From Kofleriaceae bacterium (lineage in GTDB: Bacteria; Myxococcota_A; Polyangia; Haliangiales; Haliangiaceae), in contig JBKJLC010000131.1 in the NCBI GenBank assembly GCA_046597055.1, positions 1-64,000 on the forward strand: a DNA stretch of 64,000 nt, read 5' to 3'. Below the pieces are notes generated by a model, which saw only the letters and a program-made list of their open reading frames with translations, did not search any database and was not told where the DNA came from. This document shows positions 1-9,734 of this stretch, one piece after another (within the stretch, counting starts at the first letter, position 1; each line of letters begins with the position of its first letter). The translations under genes and the position numbers were made by a program.

Positions 1-2
1 GC

Positions 3-614
3 GACGCGCTCCGGCTCGGTCGCATCCTCGCCGGGCTGATGCCGGACGAGCCCGAGGTCCTCGGGCTGCTCGCGCTCATGGAGATCCAGGCCTCGCGGGC
101 CGCGGCCCGCACCGGCGGGGATGGCGCGCCGATCTTGCTGCAAGATCAGGATCGCGCGCGCTGGGATCCGCTGCTGGTCCACCGCGGCCTGGCCGGGCTC
201 GCGCGCGCCGAGGCGCTCGACCCCGTGCGCGGGCCGTATACGCTGCAGGCGGCGATCGCGGCGTGTCACGCGCGGGCGCGCACGGTCGACGCGACCGACT
301 GGGCCGGCATGGTCGCGCTGTACGACGAGCTGGCGCGGGTCGCGCCGTCACCGGTCGTCGAGCTCAACCGCGCGGTCGCGGTCGCGATGGCGGACGGGCC
401 GGCGGCCGGGCTCGCGTGCCTCGACCGGCTCGTCGCCGCGCCGAGCCTGGCCCACTACCACCGGCTACCGGCGGTGCGCGCCGATCTGCTGTACCGGCTC
501 GGCCGCTTCGACGAGGCGCGCGTCGAGCTGGCGCGCGCCGCGGCGCTGGCCCGCAACGAGCGCGAGCGGGCGTTCTTGCTCGAGCGTGCCGCCGCGTGTC
601 CGCGCGAAGGGTGA
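3..614 (+). CDS. ECF RNA polymerase sigma factor with C-terminal DUF6596/TPR-like extension (5'-partial)
   Basis: PEVLGLLALM..QASR..AR, LQDQDRARWD, GPYTLQAAIAACH, TDW..MVALYDEL, SPVVELNRAVA motifs are typical of this ECF group; the frame is open to the window edge. Confidence 0.85.
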   Translation, partial: DALRLGRILAGLMPDEPEVLGLLALMEIQASRAAARTGGDGAPILLQDQDRARWDPLLVHRGLAGLARAEALDPVRGPYTLQAAIAACHARARTVDATDWAGMVALYDELARVAPSPVVELNRAVAVAMADGPAAGLACLDRLVAAPSLAHYHRLPAVRADLLYRLGRFDEARVELARAAALARNERERAFLLERAAACPREG

Positions 615-891
615 GCGCGGGTTCACCACGCCCAGGCCGGACAGGTAAGCGAGCCCGACGCCGACGCCACCAGCGTGCGGCACAGGTCGACCCGCAGGCC
701 CCCCCAGTCGAACCGCGCCGGCGAGACGCCCTCGCCCATCGGCGGTAGCAGGGTGCCGGCTCGCCATGCCGCGTCGAACCCCGCGATTGCTCGCACGCCA
801 CGGCCCCGTCGGGCGAGCCAGTTGTCTGATGACCAGGCGAATCGGCCAGTCAACCGGGCCGTGACGGTTCCGGGTGCACGCCGCGCTGCGG

Positions 892-1818
892 TTACGGCAA
901 CCGGCGCAGCTGCTCGTTGATCGAGTCCAGATCGAACGCCTCGGCCTCGAACGGCTCACCCAGCCAGTCGAGCAAGCGCGTGCGCTCGGGGTGCTCCGGA
1001 TCCTGCATCGACTCGACCAGATCGGCGTAGCCGGGGCCGCCGCCACAGTCCTCCGGTGGGCAGGCCCGTGCGCCGTCCGTGCAGCGGGGCGTGCGGCCCA
1101 CGCCCTGCGGCGACCGGATCTCTTCCACCACGATCTCGTGCTGCCACGAGTCCCCGAAGTCATACTCGTAGCGGAAGCGGCTACCGACCTCGGGCGCGAA
1201 CGAGCGCAGCTTCACCTTGCCCTCGTCGCGCGCGTGATCGAGCCCGAACCGCGGGTCCGATGCCACGTCCTTGCCGTCCGCGCTGGCGAACTGGTGCAGG
1301 TGGCTGTCGGTCCATCCCATGGTGACCTGGATGATCCGGTGCAGCTTCTTGAGGCTCAGGTTTCCGGACGCGAGCACCGTGCGCCAGATCGGGGGCGTCA
1401 CGCCCTCGAGCGTGATCCGGAGCTGGAAGATCGGCATGCGCTGGGTGACCATGTCGCGGGCCGCCATCGTCGCGGAGGCCGGCTTGCGCTTGGCAGGGCG
1501 CGGGCCCGGCGAGGTTCGCCCTGCTTCCGGCTCGTCCAGATCACGGAGCTCGATCGTCGGGATCGCAAAGAGGTCGGCGGCGGGGACGAACACGAGCCGC
1601 ATGCCCCAGCCAGCATGACTGGTCAACATGCGACCCAGCTCGCGGAGCGACAGCCGCCGGCCGTCGATCTCGACGGTGGCCTCGCCGTCGGGACCACCGT
1701 CACCGACGATGCCCCGGATCACGTCGCCCCGAGGCACCCACGTGTCACCGGCAACGTCATACTCGAGCTGCGGGTAGCCGGGCGGCACTTCGAACGAGAC
1801 CCTCGGGACCTTCTTCAT
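892..1818 (-). CDS. pRiA4b ORF-3 (IS1096 passenger TnpR-like) family protein with an extra N-terminal DUF7713-like domain
   Basis: C-half has FQLRITL..PPIWR, LHRIIQ..MGWTDSHLHQF, YEYDFGDSWQH, GARACPPEDCGG; N-half has WVPRGDV..IDGRRLSLRELGRML..AGWGMRLVFVP; start taken at MKKVP. Confidence 0.85.
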   Translation of the reverse strand: MKKVPRVSFEVPPGYPQLEYDVAGDTWVPRGDVIRGIVGDGGPDGEATVEIDGRRLSLRELGRMLTSHAGWGMRLVFVPAADLFAIPTIELRDLDEPEAGRTSPGPRPAKRKPASATMAARDMVTQRMPIFQLRITLEGVTPPIWRTVLASGNLSLKKLHRIIQVTMGWTDSHLHQFASADGKDVASDPRFGLDHARDEGKVKLRSFAPEVGSRFRYEYDFGDSWQHEIVVEEIRSPQGVGRTPRCTDGARACPPEDCGGGPGYADLVESMQDPEHPERTRLLDWLGEPFEAEAFDLDSINEQLRRLP

Positions 1819-1954
1819 CACCTGGCGGCTGATACCACGGGCCCCCCGTGGATCACCCTGAACACGGCGACGCTGCGGGTGGTCCCGGCCCGTAGCAGCC
1901 GCGTCTGCCAAGGCGGTGAAATGAGACGGTTTCTGACCTCTCGGCCATCGCCTG

Positions 1955-4900
1955 GTGCCGCTCGCAGATAGTTCGCAACCGGGGCGGGGCGTTCGCGATA
2001 GTGATGGGGTGATTGACCGAGAGGGCCGCCGCAGCGGCACGACGTCGGGGCCGACGCGTGAGGTCGGCAGCCCGGCTCCCGGGAAGCGGTCGGTGACGGA
2101 GGGGCTGGTGCAGCGGCGGGCTGGGTCCGCGGCCGCCGGCGCGGCGGTGGTCAACCGGGTCGAGCCGGCTGGCGACGAGGCCTTTGCGGGGGAGCCGGCG
2201 CCGCCGATCTCGTTCATCGACCAGCTGCTGCAGCCGATCCAGCGCAAGGCGGCCGGTGGCGACGGGCCGGACGGCGACGTCTACGAACGGCACGCGGATG
2301 CGGTGGCCGACGCGGTGGTGCGCGGGGCGTCGGCCGCACCCCTGCTGGCGGCGGGCCCGACCGGCGCGGCCGGCGCGGTGCAGCGCAAGGCGCCCGGGGC
2401 GGGTGGTGCGCCGCCCAAGGAGCCCGCGGACGAGCTGCCGCCCGACCGCGACTATCAGCGGCTGGCCGGATCGATGAGCTTCCTGGTGCGGCGGTCGTGG
2501 CTCGAGTCGGAGCCCGAGCCCCGGGCCGGTGGGAACGGGACGATCACGCCGACGCGGACGCGCACGCTGCTCGACGAGCTCGTGCGCGCCGGCCTGCTCG
2601 GCTGGGCGCGGCCCGACCGGCTGACGCTGGCCGCCAACCGGCTGGTGCTGCTCGGGGCCGGCGCGGGCCAGGCGGTCGTGCGGGTCTCGATGGGCGCGGG
2701 GGTCTACAACATCATCGGGCTGCCACCGGGGACCGGCGCCATGGTGTCGCGACGGCAGGGCGGGCTCGAGCTGACCGTGCAGGCGGAGGGGCTCGAGGCC
2801 GACGGCGTGGAGGTCCCGCTCGACGCGACGCAGCTCGGCGATGCGCTCGACGCGGTGGAGCGGTTCACCGGGCTCGCCATCCCGACCGCGCGCCGGAGCG
2901 ACATCGTGATCAATGCGCGCGGGGGGACCGGCACGTTCAACCTGTTCCTGTCGGCCGCGAACATGGCGGACCTGGTCGGGGCCGACGCGTGGCGGGCGTA
3001 CCGCGAGCGCGACGGCGCCGCCGACGGGGCCCGCGGGGTCGGCAGCGCCGCAGCGTCGGTCAACGGCGACCTGACCGACCTGGAGCTCGGCCGCGCCAAG
3101 GACTGGCTGCGCACGCACCTGCCGGCCAGCAAGGACGAAGGCGTCCGGATCGACCGCGCGCTGCTCGAGCTGATCCTCACGATCGAGCGCAGCCCGCACA
3201 AGGCCCGCATCGTGGCCGCCCTGGCCGGCAGCGAGGGCGGCGCCGCGCTGACGGCGATCTCGTTCGAGTCGATCATGAACGAGGCCACGTTCGAGGCGGA
3301 GCGCGACGCCAGCGGCGTGACCACACCCCGGCCGACCGCCAACCTCGACCCGGTCCACGACACCCCGCTGCCCGCGCGCATCGTCCAGCACGCGTCGAAG
3401 ATCGCCGCCGGCGACACCGTGCCGTTCACGATCGAGGTCGACTGGCCGCCGGTGTTCATCGATCGCGCCGAGGGCAACGAGTACCGGTACCGCCAGTTCG
3501 TCACCCACGTCGACTGGGTGTTCGAGAAGTCGACGACGCACGAGAAGGCGTTCGCCCGCCAGCGCTACACCGGCGGGCACGACGCGCAGCACCACGTCTT
3601 CCAGCTCGCGCCCGGCGAGGACGAGGCCACGTGGATCGTCCACGCGTTCGTGCGCCACAGCCACTTCGCGCCGACCCACGAGCAGCGCGCGGTCGTGGTC
3701 CAGACCGAGGCGGCGCTGATGCGCGACCTGCGCGCGGATGCGACCCAGGGCATGGGGGTGCTCGACCAGGAGGGCGCGAAGAACTTCGACACCGGCGTGG
3801 TCAACAACCACGCAGGCTCGACGGCACAGGACCAGGGGCTCGAGCTGCACGGTCGGCTGCCGCGCGACTTCAAGCCGAAGAGCGACAGCCAGCGGGGCCA
3901 GGGCCGCGACCAGGAGATGGACCAGGTCCGCGCGGTGATCGCGCACCTGCGCGGCCGCGACATCCACAACGACGACGCGATCGAGGCGGCCGAGCGCTAC
4001 CTCGCCAACCTGGTGCGCGCCGATCGCGCGATCGAGGCCGACCTGCGCGCGACCTGGCAGTCGTTCGAGGTCCGCGGCACGCTGCGGTCGAGCCAGGCGG
4101 GCGTCGACGATGGCGCGCTGCAGCTCCACGGCGCGGTGCGCTGGGGCAGCGACGGGTCGGTCGAGGTGCAGCTGCGCGACCTGTCGCGTCGGTTCGGCGC
4201 CGAAGACCTCCGCACCGAGGGTAGCGGTGCCACGTTCGCGAGCGCGCTCGAGGGCGCGTTCGTGCCGCTGTGCAAGGCGTATCCGGCGGGCCGCCTGTTC
4301 GTCCTCGCCCAGGACCACCAGGGCATGAACCCGCTGCCGACCACGATCGGCTTCGAGCTGGACACCGGCACGATCGGCGAGGACATCAAGGCCAAGGTCT
4401 GGGATCCCGCCGTCAAGATGGCCGTGAACGTCGCCGGGATGGTCGCGACCCTGGCCGGGTTCGGCGCCATCGCGATCCCGCTGCTGGTCGTCTACAACGG
4501 CCTCGAGACGATCGATCAGATCCACGAGGAGTACCAGCGGGGCACGCTGACCTCGACCGACGTCGGGCTCGGGCTGGGCAGCCTCGTGCTCGACCTGCTG
4601 CCGGCGGCGGGCGGGATCAAGGCGGTCGGGTCGAGCGCGCGGTTGATGTACGCGCTCCACCTCGCCGACCTGGCGGGCGAGGCGCTGTACATGACCGCGG
4701 CGGCGCACCACGCGATCAACGACCTCGAGGAGCTGCACGTCGTGCAGCTGGTCGAGCGGTGGGAGCGCATGACCGAGCTGCAGCGCACGACCGATGCCGC
4801 GGACCCCGCGATGATCGCGATGCGGGCGGAGTTCGACGCGCAGGCCGAGAAGGTCAAGGAAGCCAGCACCGGGGTGCTGCTCGCGCTGGTTCGCGACCGC

Positions 4901-6283
4901 GCGATCTTCGTCGCGGCGAAGCACCTCGCGATGGGCGGGGGCGGGCCCAAGGTCGGGACGCCGTACAACGAGCTCCACCGGGACGGTCTGGTGGTCGCGA
5001 CGGTGGGCGGCGAGCCGTATTACGATCCGGCCCGCGGCCAGATCGTCGGCGACCCGAACCGGATGAAGGGCCCCCGGCTCGAAGGGCTGCAGGCCGAGCA
5101 CGCCAATCACATGCGGTTGATGGCGACCCAGCTGGCCGAGCGGCTCGGGCTACCGATCACGGATGTCGAGGTCATGGTCGGCGACCGGGTCGGGGTCACG
5201 ATCGGGACCTCGGGCAGCGTGACCGCGACCTACCAGCCGGGGATGCCGCCGGCGAAGGCCCAGGCGTCGTGGCAGGAGCTGTACGACGAGAAGATGGAGG
5301 CGCGTGGGGGCGGCGCGGGCGGGCCGGGGCGCGGGCGCCTGCACCTGCCGGCGGGCGAACCTGGCGACGGCCGGCCGCGGCGGAACCGAGAGCAGCCGCA
5401 TGGCGAGATCCATCGCGACCCGGGCGCGACGACGCCGGATGCGCCGCCGCTACCGACGCCCTACCGCCACGATGCGAAGCACGAGCTCGACTCGTCGACG
5501 GAGTTATCGATCGCGATCCGCCAGCAGTGGGCGGAGGTCGAGGTCCTGCTGTCGGCGGGGGCGCCGGGCAGCCGGGGCGTGCCGATCGGCCGGGTGCTCG
5601 AGACCGCAGCCGAGGGTCACCGGCTGTTCCAGCGGATCGTGCGCCGTGATCGGGGCGTGCTCGACGATCTGGGCATGCAGGGCGTGCCGAAGGACTTCGA
5701 TACGATGCAGCAGGAGTGGTCCCTGATCGAGACCAGCGATGGCTTCGTGATCGTGGCCGGCGACTACGGCAACGTGACCGCGCCCGGCCGGGTGCGCGTC
5801 CTGGCGCACGTCCACCCGGCGCCGCTGAAAGCCGGTTCCGAGGGTGCAACGACGACCACGGTCCTGGACGTGCGCCGTGGCGGGAAGAGCTACGATCAGA
5901 TCCTGCTCAGCGAAGCGAACGCGAAGCAGAGCGGGATCACGCCGTCAGCCGAGGACATCCACTCGATTTCGGACGGCGGCGCTCATGTGCTCTACACTCG
6001 TTATGTCAACGAGGGGAACGGCCTCATCGGCAATCCGCAGCCGGACGACCCGCGGCCTCGGATTGAGATTCATATGGCGGGCGTGCAGACGCGACGCTGG
6101 AATTCAGAGGCAAAGAAGTACGTGTACGAGGTCGACGTCCGCGTCAAAGACTCGGACGGCGAGATTCTGTGGGTCGGCAAAATGTTTGCGAACTGGAATG
6201 CTGTGAACAAGAAGGGCAACGTGCACTTCACCAGCCCAGACAGTCTCGCCGACCCGCTGGAAAAAGGATGGAAGGAACTGTGA
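1955..6283 (+). CDS. Large polymorphic-toxin-like protein: eCIS/DUF4157-like N-terminal motifs, hydrophobic middle segment, JAB-like C-terminal domain
   Basis: 1442-aa ORF with coding-like codon bias; [10 protein letters not shown], repeated (I/V)QR(K/R)[14 protein letters not shown]; hydrophobic helices near 4420-4630; EW..HVHP..PSAED tip; start uncertain (1955 or 2009). Confidence 0.7.
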   Translation: MPLADSSQPGRGVRDSDGVIDREGRRSGTTSGPTREVGSPAPGKRSVTEGLVQRRAGSAAAGAAVVNRVEPAGDEAFAGEPAPPISFIDQLLQPIQRKAAGGDGPDGDVYERHADAVADAVVRGASAAPLLAAGPTGAAGAVQRKAPGAGGAPPKEPADELPPDRDYQRLAGSMSFLVRRSWLESEPEPRAGGNGTITPTRTRTLLDELVRAGLLGWARPDRLTLAANRLVLLGAGAGQAVVRVSMGAGVYNIIGLPPGTGAMVSRRQGGLELTVQAEGLEADGVEVPLDATQLGDALDAVERFTGLAIPTARRSDIVINARGGTGTFNLFLSAANMADLVGADAWRAYRERDGAADGARGVGSAAASVNGDLTDLELGRAKDWLRTHLPASKDEGVRIDRALLELILTIERSPHKARIVAALAGSEGGAALTAISFESIMNEATFEAERDASGVTTPRPTANLDPVHDTPLPARIVQHASKIAAGDTVPFTIEVDWPPVFIDRAEGNEYRYRQFVTHVDWVFEKSTTHEKAFARQRYTGGHDAQHHVFQLAPGEDEATWIVHAFVRHSHFAPTHEQRAVVVQTEAALMRDLRADATQGMGVLDQEGAKNFDTGVVNNHAGSTAQDQGLELHGRLPRDFKPKSDSQRGQGRDQEMDQVRAVIAHLRGRDIHNDDAIEAAERYLANLVRADRAIEADLRATWQSFEVRGTLRSSQAGVDDGALQLHGAVRWGSDGSVEVQLRDLSRRFGAEDLRTEGSGATFASALEGAFVPLCKAYPAGRLFVLAQDHQGMNPLPTTIGFELDTGTIGEDIKAKVWDPAVKMAVNVAGMVATLAGFGAIAIPLLVVYNGLETIDQIHEEYQRGTLTSTDVGLGLGSLVLDLLPAAGGIKAVGSSARLMYALHLADLAGEALYMTAAAHHAINDLEELHVVQLVERWERMTELQRTTDAADPAMIAMRAEFDAQAEKVKEASTGVLLALVRDRAIFVAAKHLAMGGGGPKVGTPYNELHRDGLVVATVGGEPYYDPARGQIVGDPNRMKGPRLEGLQAEHANHMRLMATQLAERLGLPITDVEVMVGDRVGVTIGTSGSVTATYQPGMPPAKAQASWQELYDEKMEARGGGAGGPGRGRLHLPAGEPGDGRPRRNREQPHGEIHRDPGATTPDAPPLPTPYRHDAKHELDSSTELSIAIRQQWAEVEVLLSAGAPGSRGVPIGRVLETAAEGHRLFQRIVRRDRGVLDDLGMQGVPKDFDTMQQEWSLIETSDGFVIVAGDYGNVTAPGRVRVLAHVHPAPLKAGSEGATTTTVLDVRRGGKSYDQILLSEANAKQSGITPSAEDIHSISDGGAHVLYTRYVNEGNGLIGNPQPDDPRPRIEIHMAGVQTRRWNSEAKKYVYEVDVRVKDSDGEILWVGKMFANWNAVNKKGNVHFTSPDSLADPLEKGWKEL

Positions 6284-7134
6284 CCTCCTTGCGCGATCCC
6301 GGCAGCTGGGGTGACGGGGCGTTTCGCGCTGACCGGTTCCTTCGGGGTCTCTGGGTGCGCGGACTGTTCGCGGGACATCGCACCTCCGACGGTCTGCGAG
6401 TCTTCATGGCACGATGTCCGCATCACATCAGCATTCTCGGCCGCCTCGACTACGAGGTGCCCGGCATCGCACCGCAACTCGGCGTCCACGGGCTCGACGG
6501 GCTCCCTGCCGGCGGCGCACCTTCCGTCTTGGTCGAGGTGCAGCCACGCGGCTCGTTTCTGCAGGCCTTTCGCGGGCAGGGGACCTCGGAGGACTGCGTC
6601 CGCATCGGTTGCGCGCTGGCGCGGGCGGTCGTGTCCGCCTGCGAGCGTTCAATCTTGATCGAGGGCCTCCGACCCGAGACCGTATTTCTGGAAGGAACGC
6701 CCGGTGCACTCGACCTCACGGGGGTGACGCCGCGATCTGCAGCTGTAATCGGACAAGGCCCCCTCTATGCCGAGGTGCCCGCGTTCGGGTGGGACCAGTT
6801 CGACCCCGAACAGTTTGCCGGGGAACAGCCGGAGCGCGCGGCCTACTCTGTCGCGCTGGTGCTCTGGGTGCTGCATCAGCCGGATCACCCGTACGGAAAC
6901 TACTATGGCGAGAGCGCCCACCGCGCGCGTGAAGGCATGCGCGATCCGTGGACCGGCCCGCCCGAGCTCGGCCGCATCCTCGAACCGATGCTCGCGTACC
7001 GGCTCGCAGACCGGCCGTCGCCGCAGTGGATGCTGGCCGAGCTGGAGGAGCTCGCCCGACAGTGGGGCATCGAGCTGCCACCCTTCCCACCAGCCTGGCC
7101 GGCGCCGCCGACCGAGACCGGCCCCTACCGCTGA
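6280..7134 (+). CDS. Degenerate Hanks-type kinase-fold protein (pseudokinase), putative immunity or partner protein
   Basis: GTGA overlap with the upstream stop; colinear kinase-subdomain echoes ([31 protein letters not shown]...RPS) without the catalytic residues. Confidence 0.7.
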   Translation: MTSLRDPGSWGDGAFRADRFLRGLWVRGLFAGHRTSDGLRVFMARCPHHISILGRLDYEVPGIAPQLGVHGLDGLPAGGAPSVLVEVQPRGSFLQAFRGQGTSEDCVRIGCALARAVVSACERSILIEGLRPETVFLEGTPGALDLTGVTPRSAAVIGQGPLYAEVPAFGWDQFDPEQFAGEQPERAAYSVALVLWVLHQPDHPYGNYYGESAHRAREGMRDPWTGPPELGRILEPMLAYRLADRPSPQWMLAELEELARQWGIELPPFPPAWPAPPTETGPYR

Positions 7135-7161
7135 CGCTCCGGCCGAAACGGGCATGCCGGG

Positions 7162-7395
7162 CTACCAGGGGATGGCAACCCGGCGGTACCGGAGGCCCGG
7201 CTCAAAACTGGTTCGCGGTCCACTCCATCGCATCGTCCGTCGCCGACACCGCGGCGGCGTGCGCTGGTCCTCGACTTCGGCGCCGAGGTACGCGCGCAGG
7301 TGCTTGCAGGTCCGCAGGTTGATGCCGCGGCGCTGGTTGCGCCAGGCCGGGCAGGTGCACGCACAGCGGCACCGGCACAGCGGGCTTTTCTCAGC
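7162..7395 (-). pseudogene. SWIM zinc-finger fragment without a standard start codon
   Basis: Translates CACTCPAWRNQRRGINLRTCKHL (CxC..CxH SWIM pattern), in frame directly after the stop of the 7396-7803 gene. Confidence 0.55.
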
Positions 7396-7803
7396 TCACG
7401 AGATCTCGACGCGCTTCGCCAGCTCGGCGTCGGACATCTTCGTGTAGTCGCCGTCGTGGCTTCCCACCACGCAGGCCGCGAGCGGCGCCTGGAGCTCGCC
7501 GCGGAGCTGGCCGAGGAACTTGGGCGGCGCCACCAGCACCAGGCGCTCGAAGCTGCCGCCCTGCCGCTTGGTCTCGAGCGCGCCGGCGACCAGCCGCGCG
7601 AAGTCGTGCTCGCCGCGGTCCTCGTGCGACTCGGCGCGGGTGGTCTTCTCCCGGCTGTGCTCGCGATCGAGCTGCTCCACGAGCTGCCAGGGCTGGGCCG
7701 GGCCCTCGGTCTGGAAGAGGCGGGCATGGCTGCCGTCGGCGACGATGATCCAGGTTTGTGTCATCGGCACCTGTAGCACGCGGATCTCGTCCATGCGGCC
7801 CAT
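7396..7803 (-). CDS. Host attachment protein / baeRF12-like family
   Basis: TWIIVADGSHARLF, FARLVA..L, FERLVLVAPPKFLGQLR..L, DYTK motifs; start may be 7803, 7794 or 7764. Confidence 0.85.
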   Translation of the reverse strand: MGRMDEIRVLQVPMTQTWIIVADGSHARLFQTEGPAQPWQLVEQLDREHSREKTTRAESHEDRGEHDFARLVAGALETKRQGGSFERLVLVAPPKFLGQLRGELQAPLAACVVGSHDGDYTKMSDAELAKRVEIS

Positions 7804-8013
7804 CGCCTCGCGCCGGCCGCCATGCGTCGCTACGAGCCCCCGCGCAGGGACACCGGAAGGTTGTGCGTGCGTCGCGCTCGGGGAACCAGGGCGCCGATGG
7901 CTTGCCAGGTCGTGCCGACGCTCGCCAGCCGCCCGGGCGGGCGGACACCAGGAACGGACGTCGAGTCTCCAGCTGCGACGTCGTCGCGAGAGCAAATCGG
8001 TGACGTTGCCGAT

Positions 8014-8029
8014 CGGCATGGCGGTTGCT
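8014..8029 (+). promoter_or_regulatory. Putative sigma-54 (-24/-12) promoter
   Basis: CGGCATGGCGGTTGCT: GG-N10-GC, upstream of the 8073 gene. Confidence 0.5.
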
Positions 8030-8072
8030 GAAGGAGTGAGCACCCGCAACCCTCTCCCCGCAGGTATCACCC

Positions 8073-8792
8073 ATGCGCCTCGTCCTGACTCTCTCCGCCG
8101 CCCTGCTCCTCCCGCTGATGGCCTGCGCCGGCAGCAGCACCGACGACCCGGCCGGCGGCGGCGACGATGTCGTCGACGCCGCGGTCGCCCCGTCGACCTG
8201 CACGGTGCCCAGCACCTTCGGCGGGCCCCGCGACTACCGCGGCACCGCGCAGTTCGGCGCGGCTCCGATGAACCCGGCGCTCTACGGAGTGTCCATCGGG
8301 ATGGATCTCGATGGCGCGCCCCAGTTCGATGGCCTCACCATCGACATCCTGACCGGCTTCGCGCCGTTCGGGACCCAGGCGAGCCCGACGCCGATCGTCG
8401 CCGGGACCTACCCGCTGACCGGCGACCAGGCCCAGTACAAGACCTGCGGCGTGTGCACGCGGATCATCTCCGACATCGATCCGGTCGCGCAGAAGGCGGG
8501 CCCGACCTACCTGGCCACCGGCGGCACCCTCGAGATCACGCAGGCCGGCACGGCGCTCGGCCAGCCGTTCGCGATCAAGCTCACCAACGTGACGTTGGAG
8601 CAGGTCAACATCGCCGCGGATCTGACCTCGACCCCGGCCGGCACCGGCTGCACCACGACCATCCCGACCGCGACCTTCACCGGCACGCTCGGCACTGGCG
8701 CGATGGCCGCGCGCGTGGCGCCCGCGGGCGCAGCCGGCAAGGCCGCGACCGGATTCGACCTCGACCGCGCTGCCACTCACCGGGTCTACTGA
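8073..8792 (+). CDS. Hypothetical lipoprotein
   Basis: Signal peptide with lipobox LMAC; Thr/Gly-rich beta-type sequence with several Cys. Confidence 0.75.
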   Translation: MRLVLTLSAALLLPLMACAGSSTDDPAGGGDDVVDAAVAPSTCTVPSTFGGPRDYRGTAQFGAAPMNPALYGVSIGMDLDGAPQFDGLTIDILTGFAPFGTQASPTPIVAGTYPLTGDQAQYKTCGVCTRIISDIDPVAQKAGPTYLATGGTLEITQAGTALGQPFAIKLTNVTLEQVNIAADLTSTPAGTGCTTTIPTATFTGTLGTGAMAARVAPAGAAGKAATGFDLDRAATHRVY

Positions 8793-8814
8793 CCCGGCGG
8801 GCGCGCGGCGAGCC

Positions 8815-9639
8815 TCACAGCGCGAAGGTGACGTCGCGGCAGTTGCCGCCGACCCAGACGCGGAAGCTCTCGTTGCACGACGGCCCGCGATCGGGCGTCA
8901 GCGGCAGCTTGCAGTTGAACGTCGTGCCCGGCGCCGGGCAGACCAGCGGCAGGCACAGCGCGGTGTCGGTGCTCTCGTCGCAGTACGTGTTGGTCGCGCA
9001 CAGGACGGCCGCGCACGACACCCGCGTGTCGGGCAGACAGACCGGCTCGCCGCTCGAGTCGTCGCAGATGAAGCCATCGCGGCAGTCGACCAGCGCGCAG
9101 GTCGGCGGCTCGAGGCAATCGTTCGCGAACCGACCGTTGGACACGCTGAACATCGCCGAGGCCGGGCGGACCGGCTTGCGGAACGCGACCACGACGTAGG
9201 GGCGGGTCAGCGCCTGGGTGGTGATGCAGTTCTCACCGGGCGTCACGAGCTGGGTCACGAACCGGATCTTGTTCGTGTTGCGGACCGTGATGTCGAGGAT
9301 CGAGGCGATGTAGCCACCGGTCGACTGCTCGCCGGCCTGGTAGACGAACACCCACTGGTTGCTGAAGTTGACGTCGAGCCGGAAGTTGCTGCGCAGGCCG
9401 TAGTGCTCGAGGAACGCGCGGCGGGTCTTGAAGACGAGGAACGCGCGGTCGTCGACGGCCGCGTACGGCAGGGCCGCGTCGACGACCCGGAACTCGGTCG
9501 TACCATCGCGCTTGGCGCTGGCGGCCGTGGCGGTCGTGGCGACCTCGTCCTGGTCGGCAACGAAGACCGTGTCGGGATCGTCGGTCATGCAGGCAGAGGC
9601 GAGAACGGCGAGGAGGGTCGAGAGTACGAGGGTCTTCAC
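8815..9639 (-). CDS. Lipoprotein with PrcB C-terminal-like domain and Cys-rich tail
   Basis: Lipobox ASAC; VNFS..VFV..AGEQSTGGY..I..PG..C.TTQALTRPYVVV (PrcB_C pattern); multiple Cys repeats. Confidence 0.75.
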   Translation of the reverse strand: MKTLVLSTLLAVLASACMTDDPDTVFVADQDEVATTATAASAKRDGTTEFRVVDAALPYAAVDDRAFLVFKTRRAFLEHYGLRSNFRLDVNFSNQWVFVYQAGEQSTGGYIASILDITVRNTNKIRFVTQLVTPGENCITTQALTRPYVVVAFRKPVRPASAMFSVSNGRFANDCLEPPTCALVDCRDGFICDDSSGEPVCLPDTRVSCAAVLCATNTYCDESTDTALCLPLVCPAPGTTFNCKLPLTPDRGPSCNESFRVWVGGNCRDVTFAL

Positions 9640-9734
9640 GGGGGTCCTTTGGCGGAGAGGGGGGAGAAGGAGCGCGTACTATCAGGTGCGCCCACGACGC
9701 ACAAGCTCCTCGGTGTAGGCACTTCACCCCCGGC

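Noticed and set aside
623..853. 76-aa minus-strand ORF
   Set aside because: No recognisable motif or RBS and weak codon bias
1853..5110. Many long antisense or alternate-frame ORFs (e.g. 1853-5110, 13055-15619, 16424-19285, 35583-39302, 45590-48196, 52092-55082)
   Set aside because: Shadow ORFs of high-GC genes: Arg/Gly/Pro-rich, no motifs, and overlapping well-supported genes
7900..7918. Sigma-54-like site upstream of the host attachment gene
   Set aside because: GG-to-GC spacing is 9, not 10
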